64,000 nucleotides of DNA, from NCBI RefSeq assembly GCF_022045235.1, contig NW_027266264.1, positions 66,836,001 to 66,900,000 of the forward strand, read 5' to 3'. A model generated the notes under the pieces. The model saw nothing but the letters and a program-made list of their open reading frames with translations, made no database searches and was not told where the DNA came from. This DNA comes from Haliotis cracherodii (Eukaryota). A program made the translations under genes and the position numbers. Of the stretch, positions 12,975 to 27,200 are shown piece by piece (the first letter of the stretch is position 1; every line of letters starts with the position of its first letter).

Positions 12975-13207
12975 TATTCTTAAGGTGCTCCGAATAGGTC
13001 CCTTGCAGTCTATGCTGGTTGTTGGAGGCGACTCATTGGATCAGGAGGTCAGATTGGTGACTTGGTTGATGGTGTATCATGATACCCTTACAGTGTGGAA
13101 CATTGCTCACAGTATCAATCACTAGATTGTTGGGTCCAGACTTGATTATTCACAGGCCTCCGTCATAATAGCTTGAATATTGCTGAATGCACATCAAACA
13201 ACAAACA
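12975..13207 (+). mobile_element. Diverged family B SINE copy
   Basis: gaataggtcc..tatgctggttgttggaggcgact..gacttggttga..ccgtcataatagcttgaatattgctgaatgc..aaacaacaaac. Confidence 0.75.
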
Positions 13208-15382
13208 CATTTCATGTACAGTGACACCCTGTTAATCCAGAGACACCACATGCCAGACAATTTCTGGTTGCATTGTCTGAACAGAACTAAGAGAACATTG
13301 ATATGTATAAATGATTCCTTCATGTGGACACTTGTCAATCCAGATGATGTCACTGTGAACATTTTCGTCCTCATTAAGGGCGTTCATGTATCTTTTCAGG
13401 AAAATGAGTGCTATGCATCCTTGATCCTTAATCTAAAGACAATCTCATACAATAGAGATCTGTATTTGTTCAGTGTGGTCCAAACTGATGTAAACATACC
13501 GACCTTAACTAAAAGTAGCAATTTATCTCCATGCGTCAATGACTTCCTTTGATGTACAAGAACCAATGAACATAAGTTTGACTCAACAATTACATTATGT
13601 TTGAGTACTATTGATCAACCATGCCTCGTAAGCATATTTTTACATGGTTCACTACATTCCTATGTTAAAACTTGACTAATTTCTGGATGTTCAGTATGCT
13701 TCGGTCCCATCAAATTTGACTAGAGGCTATTGAATTAGTGTGAACATTCTGCCTCCTTTCATTACATCACACACAGGTGTTACAATCAACACGTAGGAAG
13801 TGAGTAACCTTGATCCCATGCAGGTGAAGCCTTGGTATAGCCCTGTGTGTAATTCCATTACAATCAATCTCGATTTTTAAATACCAAAGACTAATCCATG
13901 TTTATTTCAACATTGCACCTAAATCTTTGTGTCTGATTGGGATCAACCCTATTGAACCTATTACCTCTGATCCAATTTTGCCTGCTGGCTCTTTATCTGC
14001 GTTATGTAATTTGTTAGAAGGGGATTTCTATGCAACTTACTTTAATGCTGGGTTAACATTTAAGAATATGTTCTTTTAAAAATCAACTATATGTAGAATT
14101 TTTAAAAATATTTCTATGTGCTGTATGTGGTTCGGTTGATATGAAAAGATTGAAATGCAATTTACTTGTTATCTAAATTGCAGATGGAAAGTAATATCAA
14201 TGTGTTAATATTTATGGCTGGTCATTTCTTTCAAAATGGCCAAAATAACAGAAAACAAACAAACTGATAAACATCTGTATCGCTTTCAGAAGTACTCCAA
14301 CTCAGGTGTCGGTACGATCAGGACAAAAACAGCAACAAGGGAAAAAGGATGTTTCTTTTAAATGTCAACCCTACCTCCGTAGGATAGGTGTTTTTTCAAA
14401 CTTAACCTTTTCAGAGATAACAAAAAAGAAATGGCATCCTTCACAGGTGACACCAGGATAAATGGATTAGTACAATTTGCAGTATTTACCAAAAGGTGTT
14501 GGGAGGGTGTGTGTTTTTTGTTTGTTTTTTAGATATGAAGTGAATTTTCATTGAATTAAATGTCAACTTTATATTGGCTCCATCTGTCTAGACATTATTT
14601 TTTATTTTGCTATCATATTTAGTGTCACTTTCGTCTCTCTCTCTCTTCTCACCTGGGCTGTGCTCGTTAGTAGCCCAGCGGGTAGGCACCCCCAAGAGAG
14701 CGGAACAATACTAGGATATTATTGTTTGCTTAACAGGTTCATAATACAATCAACAATACTATCAACAATAGCCAATAGACATTGGTCGTGTAAGTGTCAA
14801 ACTTGGGAGATTTATGTTAGAAATATGAATGCGCACAAGAAAGTGACCTCTTGGCTGGGGTCGTTCCTTTACAAACTCAAAAAGGTTTGATTACTAATCA
14901 AAACGAAATTGATGACAGCTATTTGGTGTTGTTAGTACATAAACATTACCATGTTAGAGGGTAAATAGACCGTGCAATGAGCTGTTTCAGACTGAAAAGA
15001 TTTACATCAATTTGTTGGATTGTTTATAAATCAAGGTTTAGTCATTTTAGTAGATTTTGAAAGTGGAAAATACCTTAAAGTTAATGGAATGATTTGTTTT
15101 CAAATTGCAAATTTATATTATCTTATAAATCTCCATTTAAATCTTTTGGGTAAACAAGAGCTGCCTCCTTTAAGAATATACTGTGTGAGAAATGTGAGAG
15201 TGATGTATGCCTGTCCTTTGTAAGCTGTGCACGCTGTCGACAGTGAGACGGGATGCACTGCTGTTGCTGTAGACGTAGCATCCTAAAACAGCGTATGGTA
15301 TACAAGCTGTGTACCACATGCCTAGCAAGAAGTGTGGCAGTAGTATTTGTTATACCAGTAGTGTCCATAGATGTTTTCCTCC

Positions 15383-15383
<1 letters not shown>

Positions 15384-15441
<58 letters not shown>

Positions 15442-15727
15442 ACTATGGTAAGTTCAGTTGTCAAGATAGTAGTAGTAACAGTAGTAGAAGTAGGTGTAGG
15501 GAAACAGTAGAAGTAGTAGTTGTGGTAGTACCAGCAATGGTGGTAGCAGTAGAAGTAGTAGTGGTGGTAGTACCAGCAATGGTGGTAGCAGTAGAAGTAG
15601 TAGTGGTGGTAGTATCAGCAGTAACAGCAGCAGTAATAGTTGTAGTAGCAGCAGCAGCAGCAGCAGCAGCAGTAGAAGTAGTAGTGGTGGTAGTATCAGC
15701 AGTAACAGCAGCAGTAATAGTTGTAGT

Positions 15728-15766
<39 letters not shown>

Positions 15767-15885
15767 GGTAGTATTAGCAGCAGTCGTAGTAGCAGAAGCA
15801 CAGCAATACTAGTAGTAGTAGTGGTGGTGGTATTAGCAGCAGTCATAGTAGCAGAAGCAGCAATACTAGTAGTGGTAGTGGTAGC

Positions 15886-15927
<42 letters not shown>

Positions 15928-15976
15928 ATTAGCAGCAGTCGTAGTAGCAGAAGCAGCACTACTAGTAGTGGTAGTG

Positions 15977-16015
<39 letters not shown>

Positions 16016-16290
16016 ACTATGGTAAGTTCAGTTGTCAAGATAGTAGTAGTAACAGTAGTAGAAGTAGGTGTAGGGAAACAGTAGAAGTAGTAGTGGTGGT
16101 AGTACCAGCAATGGTGGTAGCAGTAGAAGTAGTAGTGGTGGTAGTACCAGCAATGGTGGTAGCAGTAGAAGTAGTAGTGGTGGTAGTATCAGCAGTAACA
16201 GCAGCAGTAATAGTTGTAGTAGCAGCAGCAGCAGTAGTAGTAGTAGTGGTAGTATTAGCAGCAGTCGTAGTAGCAGAAGCACAGCAATAC

Positions 16291-16349
<59 letters not shown>

Positions 16350-16427
16350 TTAGCAGCAGTCGTAGTAGCAGAAGCAGCAATACTAGTAGTGGTAGTAGTA
16401 GTAGTGGTAGTAGTGGTAGTGGTAGTG

Positions 16428-16468
<41 letters not shown>

Positions 16469-16471
16469 TGT
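15384..16471. repeat. Compound (TAG/CAG/TGG)n microsatellite with an internal ~574 bp block duplication
   Basis: Marker aactatggtaagttcagttgtcaagatag occurs at 15441 and 16015. Confidence 0.95.
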
Positions 16472-18189
16472 AGAATCAGGAGTTGAGGTATGTGTAGTGT
16501 AACAATAGAAGCAGGATCTGTATGGTCTGTCCAGTCCACATGAGCCCGACCCCAGACAGTATAGATCTGTAACTACCAGTGTGTGGCTTCAGTGTTCAGG
16601 GATTTAAAGCTGGCTGTGGCAGCCGTGTATTGGCAGGTTACGTAAGAGTCCGCCATGGCCTCACACCGTTACACAACTGACTGAGCTGACTTCAATCATT
16701 CATGATCTCACCGTACAATTGTCTAGCATGTAATTGGTTTAGGCTGCATCATCTGAGCACATGGGTCTGTTTGGGACTAAAAATTGATTTTATAATTTAA
16801 TTTCCTTGATTGTCTGATTCAGTAATAATAGGTTTCATTATTCAAATGTCTGTCTGGTGTGGAGCAAGTGTACTCTGTGTGTTATTTATGTCAATAAATA
16901 CACAATGCATCATACAACAATAGTGATTAACCAAAGAAATCAAATGTTGAATTATTTATAAAATTTAACAATAACTTGTTCGTGTTTAAACAATTGAATC
17001 AAGCTAAATGTGGAATTGATGATAAATATCCCAGAAATCATTGTAAATTCCCAAGAAAGATTTTTACAAGAAAAAAGATTTTCTTCCTGTTATGACACAG
17101 TGGAAAACACATGAATCATTTTGATTCAGGAGAAATGACAGATTTTCACACATGGAAAGTCATTCGATTGTTAGATTTTTTACTTTTAGCTGCGTCACAG
17201 TTCAGTGAAAATATGAGATTGTTACATTGCTGTGATAAACCAGCTAATAAATGTCTGAGTCATAGCTTGGCTTCCTCAACAAGTGGTTGACCCCAGGGGT
17301 CTATAAACATAACATACGACCCAGGGGGTTTCCTACAGGTGTGTAAAAACAAACTGGAATCTGTTGACGAAATTGTATGCTATGTGACGTAGATTTACAA
17401 GATTTATTAGCTTATGTCATTTTTGTTTGTCTGTCCTGACCACATAACAGTATTTACCATTCAGAAATGTCATAAAAAATGTGGAATTAAATAAATACAA
17501 ATTATTATCAGTGTATAAAAGTTCTGGTTTGGGCAATAATCAGTACTCAGTGTGGTGTTTGGAAATTACACTGTAGACTCTGGTTGTTCAAAGACAGCTA
17601 TCTCCTGAGGCTTGCTAACTGAGACTAAGGCAGGCAGAATGGTTGTAAACTGACATCTGCTTGAGTGAGCAGCTTATCAACCATACAGTGACCACTGGGC
17701 TGGCCGGATCCTGACTGGTCAGTCTGTGAGCATTGTTTATTCAACCCCCAGCCACTGGTCTTAATCCCCAGCCTTACCTGCCTGTTTATTCATGCCTGGC
17801 TGCCCCTGAATAACAATGCATATTCATGAGCCCAGTCAGCCAATCAGCACCCAGTAGTGTTATCCAGTGGGGAAGCTGTAGTGTTTAGGCTCAGTTGACT
17901 CTAAGCAGAGCTTGTAACAGGAGTTGGTTGTGAGAGCATGTGTGGATTTCTCGAAATTACACTTACATTGTAAACTCCTGCAATATTATTGCACAAAGTG
18001 AACCATTTGGGATTGGATATACTATCAGAACTTAGCACAGCACATGAGGAGGAGAGTGTTTGATTGCGTGACAGCTGTGTTGATGGTCTAGCAATGCATG
18101 AACAACCATAACAGTCTCTATTGTAGTGTGTTAACCTAGCTCACTGATTGCCTCTGTCTTACCCCAGGACTAGCTGAAGGACCTACGCT

Positions 18190-18289
18190 ATGGAGATATT
18201 ATTACGTGTTCTTCTGGTGATATCGGCAGAGCTGACCCTTGTGGCCAGTTGGCCAGATTGGCAACCCAACTCTGTTGTGAAGATTGAAG
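18190..18289 (+). CDS. Sema1a: Sema-1a coding exon 1 (signal peptide [33 protein letters not shown]); exon starts at 18168 with 22 nt of 5' UTR
   Basis: Acceptor ctctgtcttaccccag at 18167; in-frame TGA at 18175 upstream of the ATG; hydrophobic N-terminus; donor AAG|gtgaga, phase 1, which matches the next exon. Confidence 0.8.
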
Positions 18290-21200
18290 GTGAGAAGCTG
18301 ATTCAATTCTCTAAACACAGCGTGCCACATGGTATTGTTCACTGATGTGACAGCTATTTTATGGCCTATTTTCTCATTTATTTTATCATGATCGCTAAAA
18401 ACAAACTGCTAAAGGTTAGAAAGATTTGTTTAAAATCAATTTGAAGTAATTTTGATCATGTTTGTTTACATCACAACCAACACCTGTCCATACAGGTATG
18501 GTAATTATTATACCATTTGTGATACACAAAGATGAATGTGTATCGAACTGCAGCTATTACTTGTGGCACGCTGCGTTGTTGATGATCCTATACTCAGCCT
18601 AATGACAAATTGACATTATTACAAAGATCTGCAATATACACCCATCATAGACACAAGTATAAACGTATACTGTTGTGTCTCTCTGTGCATCATTGTTATG
18701 TGGAGTATTGTCTGACGAGGCCTCTACTGATCCCAGCAACAATATAGGCCACGTATTGTGTAGACTGCCACAGATATCTATAATACCTCACCCAAGCGGA
18801 ATTAATTCTATTTCCCTATGCACATGTGTCTCCCTAGACATGTGCTGTGTTTTTTTTAGCTCAAGGACATTCTAAATTGTCCGCTTCAAGCTGACATGTG
18901 AAATTCTTCCGTTCATAAGATTCCCTACACAAACAGAAAGATGATATTTTTGTCCTGTGATAGCCCAAGTATTCATTTTTGAAATCATGAAATTAAAACA
19001 ATCTCAAAATGGATAATAGAAATTCAGATGTGACAAAGATTTGTTTAAGTAAATTGCTAAATTGAATATAGTAAGAGATTTGGAATATTAGCAACACAGG
19101 AATATTTTGGCATCCAGGGAATTAATCTCCAAGCCAAGGGCCCTGCCAGCTGAAGGCTAGTGTCAGCTTAGCCAGGCGACCCCCAAGCTGTTGTTTCACA
19201 CCTCAGTGTCAATAACAGGCCTTCAATAGATTATTACATAACCTAGCCTGATCACTCAAGCCGAACATTTACTGTCCAGTCAACCTCCACTCCCTCTCTA
19301 CAGCCACAGCTCCTGCCAATCATTCATTGCTCTGTAATTGTAAAAATTATGAAGTGAAAATCACTTCTGACCAATTTAGTTGAAATGCTATGTCCTAAAT
19401 ACTATATGGGTTGGCCATTTTCTAAATTTTGCTTTTTTTCCAAATGAAGCGTTTGTAAAATAAATGTTAGGATTTAACTCTTTGTCCCAAATTTTTGGAC
19501 GCTAAAATATTTGTCTATGTATGGTTGTCACTATTTGGCGGAATTTTTGAATGTGGCACATTGCGATAATGTGAAAAAGTGTGTCTGTATAGAAGTTGTA
19601 TACTACATTGACCTGATACCCTTTGGGATAGGTTACGTACTGCTATGCATCCTGGTAGTGCCAACTTGTCATGGCAAGCGATACAACTTGTTATCACACA
19701 CAAACACGATCAGGGAAACTTATACCATCAGACTTCACAATTTTCTCATTAAAATTTTCAACAAGTGTGTATGGATATCAGATTCTGATGACTCACTGAG
19801 CGTCAACAGGGAGCAGAAGGGCAGCCCCATGACTCTATGAAAAGGTCAACAGAGTTTCAACTAGCTTTGCACAAATACTCCAGTGGCCAGTGTGGGGACA
19901 ATAGATTTGGCGGGAGTTTGGGGGATGTCCAGTCGTTGATCTGTTCCCGTAACCGTCGCTTAAATGTCTGTGCACTGAGCTTGTGTGGACTCACACTGCC
20001 TTCTGAGCATGCATGTTTGTCTTGTCAGTTTGTCAACTCGAATATTTGCCCATGGATGACGGACACAGAAAAAGTTGTCCAATCTTCATTGATTTTGTTC
20101 ATTTGTGACGTTAAAGCCTTGCAAATCATGTCTTTATAATGTTGATGCTGCAAGTTTAACATTAGTTGAAATAGTGCCAAATTCAATATATTTTTGAGGA
20201 TGTCATAAGCAGTATTGTCAAATGAAGATGAATGTGTTTCAACTCAACTTATTTCGGACATAAGACACAGATACATTTACAAAGCAATATGTAATTTGTA
20301 AATGTTGACCTTTTTATTTAGTACTGTGTATATCCAGGACTGCTTGAACACCATTTAGTTGAAAAGCATAATTGAAATACAGACTTGCACATTTGTTTCA
20401 CATTGGCCCGCAATGCCCCATTTGAGGTGAGAGTTCACTTGGGTCCAGTGTTGAAAGGTCGTCTGTGCATCAGAGACTGACTTCAGAAGATAAACAGCTT
20501 TGATCTAAACACATGTAATCATGTCTTGGCCTCCTGCGTCTGCAGCTGATTGTTTCAGTTTAACTGTGTTCAAGGTAAATCAAAACCAGTTTATCTCTGC
20601 CGCATGGCGGAGGTGTATGCCTAGTCCTATGGTTGTAATTAAGGAAAAGATGCGTTTTCTTCGTCTTGAAAGATGAGGTATGGTTCATTTCATAAACAAA
20701 TTATGTGCCTATGGGGCTCAAGAAGAATATCCACATTGGTATGGCAGGAAATCTGTTCCTTCGAAAAAGCTACAAATAGCTAAAAACAGTACTTAAGACT
20801 ATTCAAATTCTCCTTGATCACTAACAGCTTTGCATCTTTCAGAAGTTAAGGATTATGACAATTCGCACTTTTCGTTGTCTTCAAACGGTATTATGTTTAC
20901 AAGGATGCTATATTTTGTCTTGGAATTTAGCAATTATGAGACAGAAGTGATAAAGTGAGAGGAGTTTGTCTCTTGAGAAGGCTAAGAGAGTGTTGTTTGT
21001 GCGTGAGGTAGAGCTGAGGTGGGCAGGAGGGCTAGGTAAACATGGCGTCTGGGAAACACCGTGCTGTCACATGTCCCTACCCCCTGTCACTTTGCAAGGC
21101 CAAAGGTCACTAACTGACCTTTAACCCTACTGGACATTTGAAACTAACCCGGTTGTAGCAAAAGGTAGGTTAATTGGCTGAGAAAAAATACAGACCTCAA

Positions 21201-24200
21201 ATAAAGTATTGAATTATGTGTCGAATGTTATGGCGTTATTTGTACAGATATTGCCGCAGTGAACATATTGAGATGATTCCAGTTATTTGCCTATTGATTT
21301 ACCAATTGAACATATCTTTTACACTCTGGCATCGTTACCAGCATAGGTTGTTACATCGGTAACACCGAGCGTACAATATTCACTCAGATGACTCACCAAG
21401 ATTTACCCCCTGTATTTGTTATTGTGATAAAATGACCCCAACCTTCCATCCCATATGGAGTTTTTATTGCATCAGTGTATTGATTTACACAACTAGGCGG
21501 GGAAAGGATGGACCCCAGGATCGGTGCCAAGCTACAGAAACCGTTCCTACAGCTCCTCAATGAAAGATTCTCAGACTCTAATGGCCATTGATTCAGAAGT
21601 TGAGCCAGGAAATATTACGCCCCGAAGAACTACCACTTCAACAGTTCAGACATTTTCCCATAGAAATTGATTAATTGCAAACCTCCAAATGATTGTAGGT
21701 TTCGGTTCTTACTACTTGGGTTTAAACCCAACAATAACGATCTATGATAAAAAGTGACCATTATTCGTAAGAAGATCTCGGTTCCTTTTAATAAGGAAAG
21801 ATGGGATCTCGAGAGATGTTTTCCGTGGTGAAGCTGCACTCAGTCAATCAGACTTCAAATCATTTGTGAATTTCCTTAAAGGAAATGTACATTTCCTCCA
21901 ACATCAGCCTCTCATTTAAGATCCCATTTAGATCTGGGAGCTGCTCTATACACACACTTCACAAAATCAAAATATTCAGAGTTCAATATTTATATAATCA
22001 GAACATTTATCAATCTGCTTGCTGTATTACTTTCAGGAGCATAAGTGTGATAAGGCCTTTCTTATTGAGAATCACCCATATGTTAAAGTCATAAATCAAT
22101 TCTTTCACACCTAGCTATGTCGTCAGTTATGCATGAAAGACGGATCAGTCTCTGATCACAAGCAGAAAAATCTATTAAGTCGCCTGAGACCTGACAGTAT
22201 TAAAAATAGATACCACCAGAATAGAGAAGGGGAGTTCGTTGGCATTTGTTCTATTCACCGAAAAGACACTGAAAGACCCTGTACACAAGCATGGGATGTG
22301 CTGTACATTCAAATCAGATATATTTGGGATTAATGTGCCTGATGTGTAATTCTGTATTGAAAAGTGATCCCTCCAAAGTGTAATATTCTCATCAGTATGC
22401 ATGGTAAGGGTCGTAATTAAATTATTTCCTGCCCTCGTCATGGCTTTTCATGGTCTAATAGTTGGTGCAGAGAGAGTTAGATGCTAGTTTCAGCACATCC
22501 CGTAACGCCGGTTTCACAATTGTATGGAGCACACATCTTGTTGTTTTATGTGCGAGATTGTCTTGTGTAGGGGGGAAGTGAAGATTTAAGGAAGATGTGC
22601 AGACAGCTGTGGTCGCAAATACTGGCTTGAATCTATTTCTGAGTGGAACATCTGCAGGCTGTAAATGATGCATCAGTGTTTGTGGCGGTGTTGGGCAACT
22701 CAGCTGTGCCAGGATAATTAGTCGGAAGTATCAACAACCCCCAGACACACTTACACAATAACTGTCCACGGATTGAGGGGGAGTCAAGCTCACATCACTG
22801 GGAATTTTAGAGAAACCTCGTTAACTCAGAGTTCTGGGGACTTTTGAAAATATATCAAGTTGTCCATAGTTCAAGGCAGTAAAGTGCCTGAAACCTACAT
22901 TTAAAAATCAGCCTTGTCTTGCTTGCACCATGAGATTAATAAGTCTGGTCTTGCCATAGTTAAAATTAGCTGAGCCTGACATTTTCTGCTCAAAAGTTAA
23001 GGTCCACCTTATTCTTTCATATTACAATACTTAATCTTGTAAAAATAATATGAAATAATCTTTTAGAAAACCTGGGTAGTTCTGAACTTCTTTTGAGTAG
23101 TATATTTATGCATTTGCACCAGGTTTGAATATTTGGTATATCCGTAAATAATGTCTTTCCGCGTAAGTGTTCTCTTACAACAATATGCCAATAGCATGTA
23201 TTCCAATTAGCTTTTGGTTGAAGATTGGGTTATTAAGTTGTTCGTAAGCAAGAACACTATGAGATGACATTTCAAAGGATGTGTTCATAACCTGCAGCCC
23301 TATTTACAGCATTATGAGGAGACAATTGTAACGTGAGCCAGCCTTCCCGTCATGATTATACCACAAACTGTGGACACTTGGATACATGTAGGGAGATCAA
23401 TGGTCAATCAAACAGCTAGAGGATATATTGACCATTTACTGACCAGAGACAATCTGATTGTCTAATTGATCTGCCTTAGGCCATGGGTCAGTAGAGCTTT
23501 CTGAAATCAAGATACGTCTGCCGAGTGATATTGACTGGGCTGGCGAATGTAGAGACCTGGATGGACAGAAAAGATGGATGAATATAGAACAAGACGTTGG
23601 GGCCTGTCACTGAGCTAGCTCAGATATTGTAGTAAATCAAAAGTTGAGTGGGATAAGTTGAAGTGAGGAAGGCTTGTCTTGTTATATATTACTCAGACAT
23701 CTTAGTTTAGACATGTATGGTCAGGCGGTATATTGAAGTGGTTCAGGTTAAACATCAATGGATCTGTAGTATATTGTTCATGAGATTAATTACATACCTT
23801 GAATGAAAGGTTATTTTCTTTATTCACAGTTGCTGTATATATGACAGTTGTGTGTGTAAACTTCTTACATATTGGGAATCACAGCCTTGAAAATCTATTT
23901 ATTTTGAGTGGGAAGCCACTTGAAGTCTCAGCTTCAACCTGTTTTCCTGAATCGAGGGATGAGGGGAGTTTAAGTATCTAAGGCTAAGCGCGCAGAGGTA
24001 TTAATTAAATCCACTGTTAAAGCAGACTACTTCCTGTGGTGATGGGGAGGGGGATACGGCAATTTGCCGATCCCGTCTCTGACTGATGAAGCTTGTTACG
24101 TGTGGGATGTAGTCTCATGGACATCTGCCAAAGGGTTAGGCTTTCGGCTAAAAAAACTGACGTGACTCGATACACATTCACGTTTGCCAGATACTCATGA

Positions 24201-27200
24201 ATATTGGTCAGCGAGAACACCGAATACTTATGTGTTGATGTATGTAAATGTGTCATGTTAGTGGTGTATCAACATTTTGTTATGATGGCTTAGATGATGG
24301 CTAAGATGAAGCAGACCGCAGTCTTGGATGCCATCCAGAATTCTATTGCGATTCATCAAGCACAGCGACATGGCAATCCTTCCTCTGGAGCTTGTCCTTA
24401 GTCTGTCTTACAGACCCTGATACAAATATAAATCAAATACAGCCCATGCAAGTCTAATGTTTGGCAAGTCTAGATTACTGCAGCACCTGAAAATGAAGAG
24501 AATCACTGGGCTCCCTTTTTATTATATTTTTATTAAGATAACTGAACAACTGTTTTTTCTGTGCGATATGTTCATTTCAGAGCCTAGATGTTAGTCTAGC
24601 TTGTCCTCAGAGTATGCTGGTGAAATAATATAGGACTAAATTTGTCCCGACAATTTTAATTTGTTATCAACAATAAAGTTGTATGTTTCAAATTAATCCA
24701 AGTCTCTTATTTGTATTGGTCATTGGGAGACAATATTCAGTGAGTTAAAAGCAGATATGACGATCAAAAGCATATATAATGATCTAAAGCAAATATGCCG
24801 ATCAGCACATGAAGCAATTAAGCTTGCGAGGTTGTCTAGGAGCATGGGAAAAAAACAGCAATTTGACATGTGTTGAAATGGCCAAGTATCAATTGCACTT
24901 GTTAAATAATTATATTTGAAAATAGTAACCATGAGAGGTGGTCCAGACCGTTGATTTTCATTCATCTCATGCTCCACATGACACCTATTTCCCAGCTGTT
25001 GATGATGTCATTGTTCAGTACTAGCGAGAAGCATCATCGCGATATAGTAACATCCTGTTGTCCAAGCTATGTTCAACATCATGGAAAAGTGGTACCGTCA
25101 TCCTATCCCAACTGTTGGTGTCATTAAGTATAAATTAGTTTAAACATTTGGTATATAATCATGTCAGACAGTACATTGGTCGTAGTTGAGAATTATATAC
25201 AATTTTGACACTTGTTGTGAAAGACACACCATTCTTGAATGACAGATATGAAAAGCTTCCTGCGGTAATTGATGGTCACACAGTGCTTCTAAAGATCAAA
25301 GGTGACCATGGTCATAAATTTGTAATGAATCGCGATTTCATTTGATTATAATTAATTGATATGTTGGTTTACCCTTGCATTGAGATTCTCACTTTGGAAC
25401 CCTTCTTTGTGTTCTTGTAAGTGTGGGAGTGTGTTAAACCTTATACAGTCAACTCTGCAGGACTGTGATCTTTTTATGACTCCAAAACAAAAGAGTTACA
25501 CAGCCGTAGACACACTAGTCTTTTGATGTTGGAGATAGGGCCCCTGGGGGAAGTTTTTGCGTGGTCCCAAATGACCACTAGAAGAGATGAGAGTGGATGG
25601 TTTAATCTGGCTTTACACTGAAGGAACAGAAAGCTGGAAGCAACAGTGTGGAAACTGCATCCAATAGACAAAGATTTGATGTCTTAAATTGAAAATAATA
25701 GACCAATTAGAGTAACGTATCAGTGAGGCATGTATTGTAGAACAATGTTATCATTGATCATATAAAGAATCGGTCATTACTGTTGGAAGGTAGTTTGTTT
25801 TTTAGTTGAGTTGAAAATTTGTTGGACTGATAAACATTAATCAGTAATAGCTAATGTGATCTCCAATTCTCCCATCTCTGTGTTTAATGATTTCACTGCA
25901 AAGACTACTTAACATTCTTCCCAGGGTATGTGTCCATGTTTTTCCCTCACACTTTGAATTAATTTTCGGCCCTATGGCTTTGCCCAGTGTCACATATTCA
26001 TGACATTTAGGACAAAGGTCAATTAAAGGTCAGTCTTCAAAATAAATACTTAAGTGAAATAAAATCAGTCATTGTGTTAATTGATGGATTGTGTGGCTGT
26101 CAGCTTTGTCACTAAATCTGGATCATTATTCAAGTGATTATTTAAGCTGGTTCATCGTTCTTGTGTCAAACCCCTGGAATTACAAGAGCTGCTGCGTTCA
26201 ATCAGCCAGTCTTGTGGTAGATGTTTGAGTAAACACTGCTGTTTACTGTATAGGTATGCTGTTGCGAAAGGTAAAGAAAGCCCGCCTCAATACCTAGTCG
26301 TACTTACAAATGATCATGTTTATTTTCCAAGGGGTTTTCTGCCTTTAAGATGATCTTGCTTGAAATAGGGTTGGGCCGAAACCCGATCCAGCTTTTGTAT
26401 GGAAAGGTGGGTTTTATGTATGGCTATTCAAGATGGGTTCCCATTCTCTGCCTTGAAGGTCCCAGGGCTGTATCTGAATTGACGAAATGGGTCAGTGGTA
26501 TTGAGGAGCCTTTATTGTAAGGCATCCCCCATGCACCTGTGGGATGAAAGCTGCTGATTCACGACTTACAAAGCTGCAACCTACGCCATAGCCTTAGGCC
26601 TTGGGACGCAATTAGTCTGATTCAGAGAAAACATGTCCACAGGCCAGCAGCATGAGAACAGCGACTACCTGTAGATTAGGGAGCAGCTTCAGCTGCATCC
26701 ATGCTTCAAAATGAGATGGCATGAATGGGATTACATCCACAGTAAACTGCTTAGTAGTAGGGATACAACACATCTGGGACTTTGAAAGTTGAATATCGTC
26801 CCTCATACTGACCTTGGAAAAAAATTATCTGAAAAGTCCCAAGTCTACTTTGGCAAATCTAGATTGCTTCAGTTTCAGGAAAGATCTTCTCTAGGCCCTT
26901 TTGTATATTAGATTACAATCTAATACAAAAATCTTTAAAAGTATTCATTTCAGACACTAAGTGTTACATATTTTTATGTTTATTCGAGAATTTTCTTAAA
27001 TGATAGTGATTTATAATTGGGTGCTTATGATATAGTAGGAATGATACAATGGACTCAGCTTTTAGCAAAGATTTCTTATGATTATACAACAGACTCTTAT
27101 TATGATGGAAATGGTTTAATTGCTTTTAATAAACCACCCTATCTATACATGCAGTTCCCAGGAAAGCATTGTCACAGAATGGCAGTTGTGTAACATCCTG

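Noticed and set aside
12843-12976. Possible second MITE with telomere-like gggttagggg
   Set aside because: The inverted termini are too short and imperfect to call, there is no second copy in the window, and it is not a telomeric array.
15123-16539. Poly-Thr, -Val, -Ser and -Leu ORFs (mucin-like)
   Set aside because: Trinucleotide microsatellite; the duplicated block shifts frame (574 bp period), so there is no coherent protein.
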